Shown here piece by piece: positions 1 to 14,394 of a stretch of DNA of 64,000 bases; position 1 is the stretch's first letter; each line of letters opens with the position of its first letter. The stretch lies in contig OZ024746.1 of the NCBI GenBank assembly GCA_964016885.1, positions 55,118,001 to 55,182,000 on the forward strand, given 5' to 3'. The DNA is from Eledone cirrhosa. Its lineage: Eukaryota. Position numbers and translations under genes: made by a program. The notes beneath the pieces are model-generated. The model did no database searches, was not told the DNA's origin, and was given only the letters and a program-made list of their open reading frames with translations.

Positions 1-1321
1 TACTTATGTGTAGGGGGAAAATGCACGATAATAAGGGAGAGAAAGATCTTAGCTAATGGTGTGGCCACCTCCATATTATATGGTGGGTTATACCATATAA
101 TGCGTCGGGATCTATTACTTCTAGGTCTATTCTCGTACTCTGCATATGCTACCTTATCGACAAATCCACTCTGAGCAAGATCTTCATTGTAATATGTGGA
201 ATGGTCGTTGAAAATATGCTCGTTAGTACATAGATTGGAAAGCCTCAAAGAAACGTTTCTTACCAGGTTCTTGGTTATGCTGGCAGGAGGTTTAGAAAGC
301 TTAATTATGTAATTAAGCGTATTATTCGGCTTCTATACGGGTAAAGAAAGCCATTCGATAAAATGAGGGTAACGTTGAGATAATTAACGACAGAGAGGTT
401 GGCCTCAACCTGTATGGAGAGGTTGAAGCCTTTAAAGAAGGCTGTGAGTTCTTTTCTGAACCTGTCGCAAGCACGAGGTTCGCACTTAGTCATGGTCAAA
501 AGACCATCGTCACGGTACAAACCACCGCCCGCGTTGGGGAATTAGTTCTTGATAGAGAAAAGAAGGAAAAGGCCAATAAGATCAGTAACCTCCGCAGAGT
601 CACCGGCACCCATACTCACGTCGAATGGGGTACTATTGGATTTTTTAATCCAAATAGAGTTTTCAAAATTAATCACCGACTTTCGGGCATTAAGGATGAC
701 ATCAACTTCGAAATCCTTAACCACTGTGAGTGTTTTAGCGAAATTGATAGCTCTAAGGAGAAGTGGTAAAGTGATGGAGGACTAGTAATTGTTGATGTCG
801 AATTGGATAAAACGGCAATGTTCCTTGTTACATATGCCGTTGAACCAATCAATCACCGCGAAAGAATTGTTCCACAGTGCCAGAGGGGCCAAACTTCTAA
901 TTTCAGGTATAATTCTATCAATAATCGTTTTACTAAATCTACCTAAATCGGACTTCGTAGGGTTAATAAGCTGAATAGAAGGGTTGTTCGGAAAATTGGA
1001 TTTGTGATCCTTCAGGGTAAAGTGGGGAGAAATAGGGTCCAGAGGTTCAGTCCGGTCCAGGATGTTGAGAGCAGGGGTGATTTTAAAGCCAGCATCGTTG
1101 ATTTCATTAATGACGTTCCGATTAGTTTTACGGTAATCCGTAGTTACAGCATTATGTAGCAGTTGATGGTAAGTACTGCGCTCCACTTGATATAGATTGC
1201 CAGTTTTGTCGGAATGGATGTACACGGCATTAGAATCCTTAATAGAACGAATTCTATTCATCAGGTCCAGCTGGAAGGAATTGCTCCTAATCCGAAATTT
1301 GATACTCCGCATGAGTTCCAA
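1..1321 (-). mobile_element. Penelope-like retroelement RT region, decayed; left (inverted) arm of a fold-back, runs off the window start
   Basis: Minus ORFs 782..1414, 542..724 and 305..520 give PLE RT motifs HSDKTGNLY, FTLKDHK...LINPTKS, FIQFDINNY*, FDVSMGAGDSAEVTDLIG and LYRDDGL, with stops. Confidence 0.9.
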
Positions 1322-2680
1322 AAACTCCTGATACAGAAAACAGATGCGTTCATTAAAAGGTTGCTTTGGCGTGCCTTTTATTGCGATAATCAGCGAAAAG
1401 CAGACAACAAACATAATAAATTTGGATTTAAAACCTATAATAACCCTCCGAGTAACCTAGGATTGCTACCCATCGAAAATATAGTCTTGGAACTCATACG
1501 GAGTATCAAATTTCGGAATAGGAGTAATTCCTTCCAGCAGGACCTGATCAATATAATTGGTTCTATTAAGGATTCTAATGCCGTGCACGTCCATTCCGAC
1601 AAAACTGGCAATCTATATCAAGTGGAGCTTACTGATTCTGCGGAGGTTACTGATCTTATCGGCCTTTTCCTTCTTTTCTCTATCAAGGAAGAATTCCCCA
1701 GCGTGGGCGGTGGTTTGTACCGTGATGATGGTCTTTTGACCATGACTAAGTGCGGCCCACGTGCTTGCGACATGTTCAGAAAAGAACTCACAGCCTTCTT
1801 TAAAGGCTTCAACCTCTCCATAGAGGTTGATGCCAACCTCTCTGTCATTAATTACGTCGAAGTTACCCTCAATTTATCGAATGGCTTTCATTACCGGTAT
1901 AGAAAGCCGAATGATACGCTTAATTACATAAGTAAGCTTTCTAAACCTCCTGCCAGCATAACCAAAAACCTTATAAGAAACGTTTCTTTGAGGCTTTCCC
2001 ATCTATGTACTAACGAGCATATTTTCAACGACCATTCCACATATTACAATGAAGCTCTTGCTCGGAGTGGATTTGTCGATAAGGTAGCATATGCAGAGTA
2101 CTAGAATAGACCTATAAGAAATAGATCCCGACGCATTATATGGTATAACCCACCATATAATATGGAGGTGGCCACACCATTAACTAAGATCTTTCTCTCC
2201 CTTATTATCGTGCATTTTCACCCTACACATAAATACAGTAACATTTTTTAATAGAAATACTATTAAAATTTCTTACTCTACGACTCCTAACCTTGCACAT
2301 AACATCACAGCTTCAAAATTAGCTAAACTACCTAGCCGTAGGAACACGTGCAACCCTGTAGTTAGTACTAACTGTAATTGTAGAAATCGGCTTCACTGCC
2401 CCTATCCGGGAAATGCCTCTTTAGTAACATTGTCTACAAATGTGAGGTTGAAACACCCCCGTCCCGTAGGGCCTACATAGGGTTACCCGCCAATAGATTC
2501 AACCAGCGTCTTTACATGCATACCCATTCTTTTCGTTACTCTTTCAGAAGGAATATGACGTCACTTTCAGCTTATATCTGGAGTCTAAAAGACAACCATA
2601 CCCAATATAAGTTACACTGGGAGATCCTTGCTTGGGCTAGATCGTATAACGGAAATAAAAGACCATGTGACCTGTATGTT
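1311..2680 (+). mobile_element. Penelope-like retroelement with internally deleted RT plus C-terminal GIY-YIG endonuclease, decayed
   Basis: ORF 1214..2104 contains FIKRLLWRAF, DKTGNLY, GLYRDDGL and YRKPNDTLNYI. 2373..2680 reads CNCRNRLHCP...IVYKCEV...AYIG...TSLSAYIWSLK...WEIL...PCDL, with a frameshift. Confidence 0.9.
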
Positions 2681-3260
2681 TTATGAAGGTACGTATACTT
2701 CCTCGTACGTATATTTGAATGTATGTGTTATGGCGTATATATTATATATTCTGGTACATTTGCTTTTGATTATGTGTATACGTGAGTTTTGCGTCTGTGT
2801 GAGTATGCGGGTTCGTACGTATGTAGGGTTTGTGTATATGTGTACTTCGTGTTTTGGTTGACGTGCGTCTCCGAACATATGTGTATTTACATGTAGGTAT
2901 GTGTGTGCGCTTGTTATATACGTATTTATTTATTTATATACGTTTATTTAATTATATCTATACACGCACACACACACAAATATATATGTTTTAATATATA
3001 TATTCTATATATATTTTTGTGTTTATAAATTCGTATGCGTGCGGGTACAGGCGTCGTTGAGTGTGTTCTGTATGTGCCTGTGGGTTTTCTTGTTGTACTT
3101 ACGTGTATTTGTATACCTATGTATAGTGTTTTCGCGTATGCTTGTGTATGTACGTATATGGATGCGTGTTTGTATTTATTTCAATTACCTCTGTATTTTA
3201 TTTACTTTATTCTTAACTCTGAAGCCGAGAATCATTCGGTTTATTAGTTAGAATTTTAGT

Positions 3261-3672
3261 CTACGACTTCAGTTATACTGTTTACGTGGTTTTGTCTTTG
3301 CGTGCTATTGTTCTCCCCGGTCCACATAAGACGTATTATCTTCGTTTTTTCCGTTCATTGCCTGAGAACGTCTCTATGAACCACCTAATAGAATATTTGC
3401 CTACGACTTCTTTTATACCATGAACGTGGTTTTGTCCTTGCGTGTAATTGTTTTTCACCGCTCCGAATAATGACGCATTATATTCGTTTTTCCCGTTCTT
3501 TGCCAGGGAACGTTTCCTCAAACCAAAGTATCGTCTACCTGTTTTCCTCCGGTTGCAACGTTTCTTGAAATGTTCACTTCTGCGTTCACATATTGACTTT
3601 ATTAATTTCAGAAGATCCCGTCTAGGGTAGTAAGCAGCGAATCTTTGCTTAAACTTTAATTTATTATTTTAA
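3261..3672. repeat. Unclassified interspersed repeat with an internal ~140 bp tandem duplication; second copy at ~26425..26660
   Basis: ctacgacttc...acgtggttttgtc occurs at 3261 and 3401. 3445..3670 aligns by eye with 26430..26660. Confidence 0.7.
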
Positions 3673-3816
3673 TATATATATATATATAATTTTAGCGAGA
3701 TCGTATATCGGCTGTGTTCAAAAACAAAGCGAAACGCAATTTTTGAGATTTGCGGCAATCGCTCAATGGAATAAATGAAGACAAGAAGAGCAATTAACAT
3801 ACGTTATATATATATA

Positions 3817-4039
3817 CAAAATGGCGTAGGACAGAACAGAGAAAAGAATCCCCAGTCACTGAAGAGGTCACAGAATGTGTGACGAAAGAACTTTGACAAT
3901 ATATAAACAACTATCTGGTTGTGGAGCCAACCAACCAACCAGAAATTTATAAATTCCTAAATTTATAAATTTATTATAATAAATTGAAGTGAAAGCAACT
4001 GGTGCGTGTGTTTCTTATTGGCAACATGACCCTCCCAAA

Positions 4040-4044
<5 letters not shown>
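3817..4044 (+). mobile_element. Solo PLE pseudo-LTR containing a minimal hammerhead ribozyme, flanked by (TA)n
   Basis: Near-identical to 36135..36392, which follows the GIY-YIG ORF ending at 35985. Confidence 0.85.
3855..3897 (+). ncRNA. Minimal type I hammerhead ribozyme motif
   Basis: gtca-CTGAAGA-g-gtcaca gaatg tgtgac-GAAA-gaac-t-t-tgac. Stem I gtca/tgac and stem II gtcaca/tgtgac. Confidence 0.75.
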
Positions 4045-4094
<50 letters not shown>

Positions 4095-4446
4095 TAGCCA
4101 TATACAATTTTACTCATTCATTTATTGCCAGTGATATCAAATTGGCAACCACAAATGCGGTAGTTTGCACCTATGAAATAATTGTTAATGGTTGACCAAG
4201 TCAAACTGTTATTATATATCATCCAAATTTCCACTGTATATAATGGTGCTGACTGCTCATTTCCTTTGTTTGTACGCGCCTATGTATGTATATATGTGGG
4301 CGTGTGTGTGCATATACATGCACATCTAACTCTCCGTCCATGCATCGATTTAGATAGCTAGCTATATTTATTTTTATTTTTTTATCTATCCATGCATCTA
4401 TCTATCAATGCATCTATCTATCTATCTATATATCTAAACATTCATG

Positions 4447-4523
<77 letters not shown>

Positions 4524-7128
4524 TAACTCGTTTCTCCTCTGCTACAGAAATCAGTATTTTCATGAGAGATGATGAGAGATGGCAACGTTTTCTCTATAAC
4601 TTAAATTACTATATATTTCGGTTACTATGACCACTTCCACATTTATATATCATATCCGTGCGACAAGATGATTTATTCACTGTACGAAGGAAAGCACCAT
4701 ATGTATATATAGGTCAGTCATACTACAATTTATTATTTTATTCTTGTAATAATTTACTGGTTTCGCTCATTTGACTGTAATTATGTTGGGCATCTGCCTT
4801 CATTGAATATAGTCGAATGTAATCGATCGTATTACATATTTTCAAGTCTGGAACTTATTTTACTGATATCGTTTTGTCGAATCGCTAAGTTACAGAATAT
4901 AACTAACGACACAAACATAAACAGGGGCAGGGCCAACATCTCAGACACCGCCAACACACACACACTGTGGCGACGAATTGACCTAGTCGTTAGAACGTCA
5001 GAATGGATGCTTTACGTTATTCGGTCCAGCTCTCTGCTCTTCGACTTAAAATCGCGCCGAGGTCACCTTTGCCTTTCATCATTCCGAGGTCGATATATCA
5101 CTTTCTCATTTCCTCTCTTTCACTTTTCTATTTCTGTGGAAGAAATCTGCTGTACTCAGGTCTGGAGATAGATGGGCACTGCCGGGCTTAAAATGTCCAA
5201 GAAACGCCATATTTCTAAACGGCGCCCCTACGACTCTATCAGGAGTTATGGGACTATGCATACATATATGATGGTCTTCGCATCTAGTATTCATTTTGCC
5301 GATCTCCTTTTCTTTAATGTCTACGTTACGGTACATACACACAGATAAACTCAGGCACAGATGCACGCATATACAATTATATATATGTGTCACTATGCGT
5401 GCCATGTTTGTTCAGTGCTTTATCTCTAAACGTCAGCAAGTATACTGTCACCAATGTCTAAACAGACAGGCTCCTAGTGTGACATGAAACAGGTTGGTCT
5501 GAGGCTTATTTTAATACCATAATTCAAAGCTGACTGCGAGGAAAACACACTGAAATGTGGTGACCTGAGAACGTATGGTATGTCATGCAATTATTACTAT
5601 TTTCTATACTGTCTACTCTGATCAGGAAGAGAATTACAAATATATATTCTTATTCTGGCGGTTTGTGTTGCTCACAGCCGTCTTTGTGAACCTATTCAAC
5701 CATGACTGGCATCTGTCACACTTGTATAAAACATCTTAGATCTATACAGACATGTCTCATTTATCTCGATATGTTTCTTTAGATTCCCCAGTTCCCATCA
5801 GCTCACACTAATAATGAAAACCCACCACCACCCAAACTTAAATGAATTCGTTTTAATAGTCGTTTTTCTCTGACAACTTTCAACTTTGACTTGAACGAAA
5901 ATTTTAGATTTCGGTATATTTTGCAGTCAGTAAAAACATCAAACAAACTGTAAGGTTTATAGCATTTTGTCTGCTTGCCTCTGAATGTATTGACTATATG
6001 AGACACACACGAACGTCTTCTTCAATCAGTGAGATCGTCGGCAAAGTCAATAGAAATATATAGCTTATGTTCTTAAATTGATAAAAGAGATGTGATGGTT
6101 GTGTTTGCCGCTATAAAGTAAGTCAATGACCCAAATAAAATCACATCAGCTTGTACTGCAGTTAGTCAACGTGAGAGAAATAATATGAACGAACATAACG
6201 ATTTATAGACGAGAGATATTTTATTTTATATTTATTTATTTATTTATTTATTCTTTCATTTATTTATTGTTTTCTTATCCAGAAATATAGTTTTACTAAT
6301 GGTTAACACATAAAAGAAACGAAAGTAACAATTTGTTTTGAAATATCATATTAATATGACATAAGGTTGACATCTTGTGTGTTATATATTCACCCACGTC
6401 TTTGTGACAGACCGACTTCAAAGGAACCAACGACGATAAGTGTTTCCAAAGATAAAATGGACGATAGAGTTATAAAAATATTGATTTCTTAATTTCTTAC
6501 GAAGCTTTATCCATTAAAGTTATGTTGTATTGGAATCAGGAAGTTGTGGTGTTAATGACCTATTACTAGAGAATTTCCCACGGAAACAGTTCTAGACATT
6601 ACAAAATAATATCGACCAGTTTTATTTCGTTTCCAATATTTTGTCCGATATAGCAGGAGAAGGGGGATTGTTATATCCATAGATTGTGTAGAAAGTCCAA
6701 AACCTGTCGACGCCATACATTCTATAAACAATTCCAGCAGTGCTTGAATTCATTCAGGAAGGAGGATTATATTTATATACATAGACTCTTTTGAAGGGTC
6801 AGGTTGATGATGATAATTAAGAAATGACGATGGGTTGCTATATCAATAGACTGTGTAGAAATTCCAGGAATTCTGATCTCCGATAAGGGAGTGAATTTTA
6901 TTTCTATAGCATTTGTATAAATTCCAGAAGTGCTCATCCCTAATAAGAAAGAATTACTATGCTCACATATTTTCTAAGACATCCAATAGTGCTGAGGATA
7001 TATAAACTCTTAAGAAATGCAGGACTCTTGAGGTCAATATAGTTGATATTTTCCTTCTAAGTTATGAAGCCAAACATACTGAAACCGGCCATGGATCTAG
7101 GATATGAAACTAAAAACTGATACTTTAC

Positions 7129-7590
7129 CACGGTGGATTGTCTGTATCGGTAGAATCGGACTTGTCTGTATCGGTAGAATCGGACTTGTCTGTATCGGTA
7201 GAATCGGACGCCATGCTTTTCAGCATAGAGTTACGGCCCTTTACGATCTGACTTCAAATCCCGCCGAGGTTACCTTTGATTTCATTCTTACGGAGTTGAT
7301 GAAATAACGCACCAGTAACGTACTGGATCAATTTAATCGACTTTCCCCTCCTCCCAAATTATTGGCCTTGTGGCTATAGTAGAAATCATTATTAAACCAC
7401 AGGGCGGTGGATTGGCAGTATCGATAGAGGGTCGGACGCCATGCTTTGACGCATAGAGTTACGGCCCTTGCCATTCTGAGTTCAAATCCCGCCGGGGTTA
7501 ACTTTATCTTTCATCCTTACGGGGTCGATGAAATAAAGTACCAGTAATGAACTGGGTAATTGCTGGCCTTGTGCCAAAAGTAGAAACAAT
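7129..7590 (+). mobile_element. Two tandem tRNA-derived SINE copies (family A); the first has a 24-bp triplication at 7138..7209
   Basis: A-box-like tggcagtatcggtagag, B-box-like gagttcaaatccc, then gccgaggttaactttgcctttcatccttacgggatcgataaaataaagtaccag. Same sequence recurs elsewhere in the window. Confidence 0.85.
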
Positions 7591-8498
7591 TATTAAACCA
7601 CTTTAAATTATTTATTATTTTCGAATTTATTAAAACATTATAATCTTTCATTATGGTATCGTAATTCTTTAAAGATTCTCGGATAAATCATGTAGACACA
7701 CGTGGCACAAATACATTGGGGGCAGATAGTGGCAGAGTTTATTGAAAGGACGGTTTTGTGGATATGATGTATGTTTTAACATGTTTAATCAGAGATGAAA
7801 GGGCTTCCAAGATTGATGAAGCTATAGGAGGAAGGGAGGTCTCCAAAAGAGTAGAACCTGTTGCGAATATTTACAGCAAATTTGGACTTCGCTAACGTCA
7901 ATCCCGAATCAGTTGATAGAGTTAATCCAGGTAATGAGATATGCGTAACAATTTATTAACTATTTAAATTTGATTTACTTATAGAACGTGAAAGCTATAA
8001 TATACGAGTGCTTTAAATATTGAATACATATAAAAATAAGGCTAGCATTTTAAGGAAGACGTTAGAATTGCGGATGCCGTGACAGATATATTACACGTCA
8101 TGCTGTATTTTGAGATAATGTTTTAATGAAGGATTCTTTTCCTGGCGCCCACCATTTCAGTTGTATATTACGACACGCAGGGACACATATTTAGTATAAT
8201 TAGAGAAATAATATTATGCTTTTATTTTTATTTTAAAATACGTATTACTCTACTTTCAATAATGTGTAGGAAAATTGTTTTCACATTAAAAAAAGATTGA
8301 AAATCTGTCGTGGAAAATATATTTAACGAAGAGAGTTCGTCGAAGGACGATTGCTTCCATACAACTTTTGTCTGGATACCAATGTTTACTCTTTTATCTC
8401 TTCGAATCTCTACTCCCTCCCTCTCCCTCTCCCCTCTATCTATCTATCTATCTCTCTAACTATCTATCTATCTATCTCTCTCTCTCTTGCTCTCTCTC

Positions 8499-8534
<36 letters not shown>

Positions 8535-8865
8535 TACACACACACATATATATATATATATATACAAACACACGCACACACACATACACTCCCACACACC
8601 GAAAATAAACAATCAAGGCGTTATGAAGATTTGAATTTATTATATAACTGTAACCACAGTCGATTGCCCTGTAGATTGAAAGGAACCATGCAGCTACTAC
8701 TAGATATTTACTTCCATACCCCTAATATTTCGGCTGGGTGCTTTAAGCCACGCGTTGTAGGCGTTGCAATTATCAATATCAGTGCTTGTGATATATACAC
8801 TTACTAAGATATATATATATATATGTACATATATGCGCATGTATGTACATATGTTTGAGTATGCT

Positions 8866-8922
<57 letters not shown>

Positions 8923-9456
8923 TCATAGGTGCGTTGACAAAGAGCAAGGGGGTGTATAGAGGGAAGGAGGGTGTGAGAGCACAAACAAATAGACAAGTAC
9001 ATATTACTGCCTGATAGTGATTCTCTTTATTATATTATGATCGTCGATCGTCGTCCTTGGTAACGTTTATCGATTTATCTTTATGCATAGAATTGTATAT
9101 GGGAAAAACTATTGCAAGCAGGTTTACAATCGTGTGTAGCGTAACAGCTATTCGATCAAAGGCGATCTCCAATCGTTTATCGTAGCAGTAATTCATGAAA
9201 GGTCTTTTTTTTATAATTAGCCTGATCATTTATTGGATCTATAAAGTTGACAGACGACCAACAGCATCTTATCAATTATTCCTGCCATCTATGTACACAT
9301 GAAAAGAAGGAAGGAAAAGCATCAATTGCCTGTGTTCTATTTGTTTGTTTTTTCTACAGTTTTGTTTTGTTATGGTATCACTATTGTTTCGCATTTATTC
9401 AAAGTCGCTTTTTATGCTTGTTTGATTTACATATGAGTATATGTGTGTAAGCATTC

Positions 9457-9686
<230 letters not shown>

Positions 9687-12559
9687 CTTATCAACTTAAA
9701 ATGTTTGTCCTCATTCTCTTTGTTTTACTAAATTATCACCAATGGATCTGTCATTATAATACATTTCCTCGTGGTTTCGAGTGCAGTTACACTGCGCAGC
9801 TCAAAGGGACATTGTTTTCTAATATAGCCTCGGTTTGAACATTGCCTAGCCCGTAAAATTTAGTATATTGAAACTGCAGGAGACAGTAATATGTGTATGT
9901 AGACGTGTGTGTTTGTGTGTGTGTCCGTGCATATGCATTCATGTTTATATTTAGAGCTCATTGCGAAACGGTTTAACAAAAACAAATCGATAATTAAGTA
10001 ACAGACTTTGAAAAGTAAAAATTGGGCTCGATATTGTCGTCAATCCACATTTAAGGCTCTATTGAAGCACGACCGCAGTCTAATTATTGAAACCAGATCG
10101 AGAATATCAATAAAAAATAAAATGCATTTTACCTTCACAGCCCAATTAAATTGTTGGGTTTGATCAAAACTTTCTCACATATATATATATCAAATGTTAC
10201 TTGACAATGTAATTTCGTAATTAGTGTTAGCTCATTAAATACTGGGCATTAAATACTACCTGTCTTGTAGTTTCGTAATAATATAAAACTCTCTGACAAT
10301 CAAAAATCACGATCTTATGATAGTGAGTCAACAACCTAATGGTCAGATGGTTAGGCTCTCTATTTTCATTCATTTATACCCTAGTCGTATTTATTACTAA
10401 GGGTAGCATATTATCTAAACGTTTCCAATCTATGTTCCTTACATCAAACGAGTTTGCCTTATTTTTTGCCGTTGTTGGCATAGACGTACGAGTTAAGAGA
10501 TTCGCTTCGGAACTGCCGGCTGTTACCTAACATACAGTATGGCAGTTACCTAACATTCAATGAGGCCACAATTTGAGAAGAATATATTGTCTTCCTACAC
10601 CTCAATTATTTTGGGAAATATTATTCATAGAATTCATACCAAAATCGAAATAATGTTTAAATCAACTTATCATTCATTGGATGTTTTACTGTTTACTTCT
10701 TATAGTAAAACATTTTGATGTTTGGTTCTAATATTTAGGTATTCTTTCGAATGTTTTGGTTCTTTGAGGAGGTGAGACTTGTGAACACTCGAATAAAGGA
10801 CCTACTCTTGATCCTTCAGCACCTTGAAAATCAAAGGAGACCATTGTGATTACTAGATTTCAAAATTCGCTGAGAATGGACATAATTTAATACGGCATGA
10901 CATTTTTGTCCGGTGCTGTACCGATTCTGATATCCCATACACGACGAATAATAGCTAAATTCCCATCTATGATGAAAATAATAATAATAATATCATTTAA
11001 AACAATAATAATAACGATAATAAACAATATATTTGTTCTTAATTGGTAAGAAAGGTTCCAGGTTTTGAATATAATACAAGTAGCATAAACAGCACAAAGT
11101 GGATTTTTGATCGACTAAAAGGATAGAAAAATCATAAAGGAAAACAGGAGATGTGAAAATAATAATAAAAGCTACAAAAATATTATAGTAATACAAGCAA
11201 TAAAATAAATAGAAATGTCAACGAGGAAAATTGTCCAATAGAAGAGGGCGACACCAGAGGCTAATTCTTGTGAAAATTCCAGCACTAACGCTAACATTAA
11301 ATTTTTCGCAGTAAGGGCATTGAAATCCTCTCTCCAGGTTTCTTTCCTAGTGTTTAGAAAAGGTATAATCAAAGTAGACCCATTCAGCTTTGTCAAATTT
11401 GCTGCTGTTATCAACGACAATAATCACAAGGCAACAACAACAATAGTAAGGATATTGTAGATCTGATTCGCTGTCTAAATATGAGTATTATCTTGTGAAG
11501 TGCCATTTGAAAGTAAAGCATTTCATAACATCATAGAGAAAACCCGAATAAACTCTGTCGCATCAAGGACATTGGAAGTGTCCTTTCCCGGGTTTGTTCT
11601 CTCTTGTCTAGAAAATAAGTAAAGCCAGTGTAAGCCCATTGAACCTTGTCAGTCCTTCCACTAACAACGATACAAACAACAACCAATAATAATAACAACA
11701 ACATAAAGAACAACAGCTACAACAATAATAATATTAATAATAATTATATTGAATGCTTGAATTTCTGTCTAAAGATGAGTAGTATCTTGTGATGTACCAT
11801 TTGAAAGTAAAACAATTCATAACGCCATATTGTTTTCGCCCTTTACATCCGTTATGCAGTGCACAGATTTTTTTTTCTAATGCATTCTTTTTTTTTTTGC
11901 TTTCTTTTGTACTTTCTTTGTTGTCGGTTTGTTGCTTCTTTTTACCTGCAACTACCACCATCGCCTCCACCACCTTTCCTCTCTTCATTTTTTCTCCTCC
12001 TCTACCCCCAGTATCTACTTCATCTTCATTATTCTACTTCTTTACCTTCCCGTCATCCTACTCCTCTCTCATCCTATTCTATTATCTTCTCTTAAGATGC
12101 CCTGCCAAAATAATCGATGTGAATTTTTCCCCATTTGTTTACCACGTCAATAATGTTCTATTGAAATAAAACATTATGACATCTACTGAATGAGTTTGGA
12201 TCGCTTCTTACCATCAAAATCTATATGAAGGAAAAATATTAAAAAGCAACAAAAAATACTAAAAACGGGAAATAACAAAAAGAACATCAACACAATGCAA
12301 ACAAAAATAAGAAACAAGAACAAGCCCCTCACGTACAAATATATAAACAAATATAACAAAGACATAGTAAATTTGTAAAAATAAAAATAAGACATGAAAG
12401 AATAAGACATGAAAAATACAGAAAACAATATGAATGAAAATATGAAGGAAAGAAAGAAAAAGAGATTATGAAAAAGAACGAAGTTTAGAAGCAAGCTTTA
12501 GGCTGTTCTATTGTACTGACTCAGTACAATACATAACTTATAGCTATTTATTGTGATAC

Positions 12560-13350
12560 TTTGGTGTTGTTGGTGGTGTTGGTGTAGATGCAGGTGGCGT
12601 TATTGCTCTTTTGGTTGTTGGTGTTTGTGATGATGGTGGTGGTTGCTGGTGGTGTTGCGGTTGTTGATATTGTTAGTAGTTGATGTTGTTAGTGTTGCTG
12701 ATAGTGGTGGTGTTAGTGATTGTACATAGATGTGTTGGTGATGGAGGAGATGCTTCTAGAGCTGATTGTTATTATTAGTAGTTGTGGTTGTGTTGATGGA
12801 GGTTACCGTTGGTAGTGATTCTTCTTGGTAGTAGTTATTAAGGTTGATGTTGTGATTGTTGTTAGTGGTGGTGGTGTTTGGTGGTGATGGTAGTGGAGGT
12901 TACCGTTGGTAGAGATTGTTCTTGTTGGTAGTGTTTATTAAGGTTGATGTGATTGTTGTTAGTGATGTTGAATTTCGTTGATGGATTTTGTTGTGGTAGT
13001 TGATGTTGCTGGAGTTATCGTTGTTGTTGATGTTGGTCTTTGCTATTGTTTGTTAATGTTGTTGTTGTTGGTGTTCATGATGGCGCAAATGTAGTTAGGC
13101 GCGGGGAAAGGGATGAGCTGTTAGTGGTTGTAGATTTGCTGCTGGTGCGATGTTGATGATGGTGTAGTAACAATAGGGTTTGTAGTGTAAGAGTTGTGGT
13201 GGTGTTGGTGACAATGGTCAGGATTGTACCTGTGCTATTTTGGGGGGAAGTTGTGCTGGTGATCATCTCGCTGATGTTGATGATTGTGGAGTGCTTTTCT
13301 TGCTGCTGGTTTAGTGATAATGATGGGGTAAATGGTTCTGGTGATGATGT
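12560..13350. repeat. Degenerate (GTT/GGT/GAT)n low-complexity tract
   Basis: Directly visible trinucleotide-rich sequence. Confidence 0.8.
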
Positions 13351-14074
13351 AATGGTAGGGCTTCTGTTTGCATCGATATGTTCATATGCTCGTGTGTATT
13401 GTTGGTGACACTAACGCTGGTATTTGAACAGGTTATATCGAATAAGTTTATATCTGTGGGTGATCTTACGTCGGCTATAATAATTAGTTTTCTAGTAGAT
13501 CAATCAATTGAACAACTTACTCATTGAAAAATAGGGTAGGTGACTATTTAATTCAGTGATAGTGGCACCCTTAAAGTAATGCCCAGGCGGAACTTCCATG
13601 TTACAGTATACTAGAAATTTGGGGAATTGAATTACACTTGCAAATTTATCTGAGGGGCTTATCTGAACGCTATCACCTTATCATTACTTTCATAACCATC
13701 ACCAATGTCATCATCATCATTATAACCGCACATCACTGTCATAAACGCCATCACGATCTTAATCAAAATTCTCCTCATTTTCCTCGTAATCATCATCAAC
13801 GGCATCAACATCATTATTCCTTTTACCATTATACACATCAGCACCAAACACATTCTCAACATCATCATCATCATCATAATTTCGTTCATCATCGAAGCCA
13901 TATTAATCCATATTATAAATTTCCCGATAATCGTAACCTTCACTATCATCATTATAAATTCATCGACAACTTCATTTCAACGCTATAGTCATCATCATCA
14001 TAATCATGATCATATTCATTATTATCATATATTTCGCCAACATTAACGTCATCTTTCCCACTTTATTATCATGA

Positions 14075-14252
14075 ATTGGCAGTATCGGTAAAGAGTCAGA
14101 CATGCTTTCCAGCGTAGTTACGTCCCTTTACGATCTGAGTTCAAATCCCGCCGAGGTTAACTTTGCCTTTCATCCTTACGGGATCGATAAAATAAAGTAC
14201 CAATAATACACTGGGATAATTGCTGGCCTTGTACCAAAAGTAGAAACAATTA
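14075..14252 (+). mobile_element. SINE family A copy
   Basis: Matches 7401..7590. Confidence 0.85.
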
Positions 14253-14394
14253 TTTTTATTTGAAAATTCTTTTGAATTCTGCTTCTTTCTCATATCATTC
14301 CGAGTGTCAACCTGACACATAAGACAATCAATTGCCCTACAATTGATGCCACAAGGACATAACAAACAGTAAATGTATTTGCAAGGTATTTAAA

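Noticed and set aside
7138-7209. Three 24-bp direct repeats, superficially CRISPR-like
   Set aside because: No spacers; a local triplication of a SINE head in eukaryotic DNA.
7877-7930. Possible 54-bp exon (tttacag|...ccag|gtaatg); similar candidates at ~24583..24645 (+) and ~31130..31176 (-)
   Set aside because: Only splice-like signals, with no recognisable protein or consistent gene model. Needs RNA-seq.
13638-13988. His-rich ORF
   Set aside because: Degenerate (CAT)n low-complexity tract.
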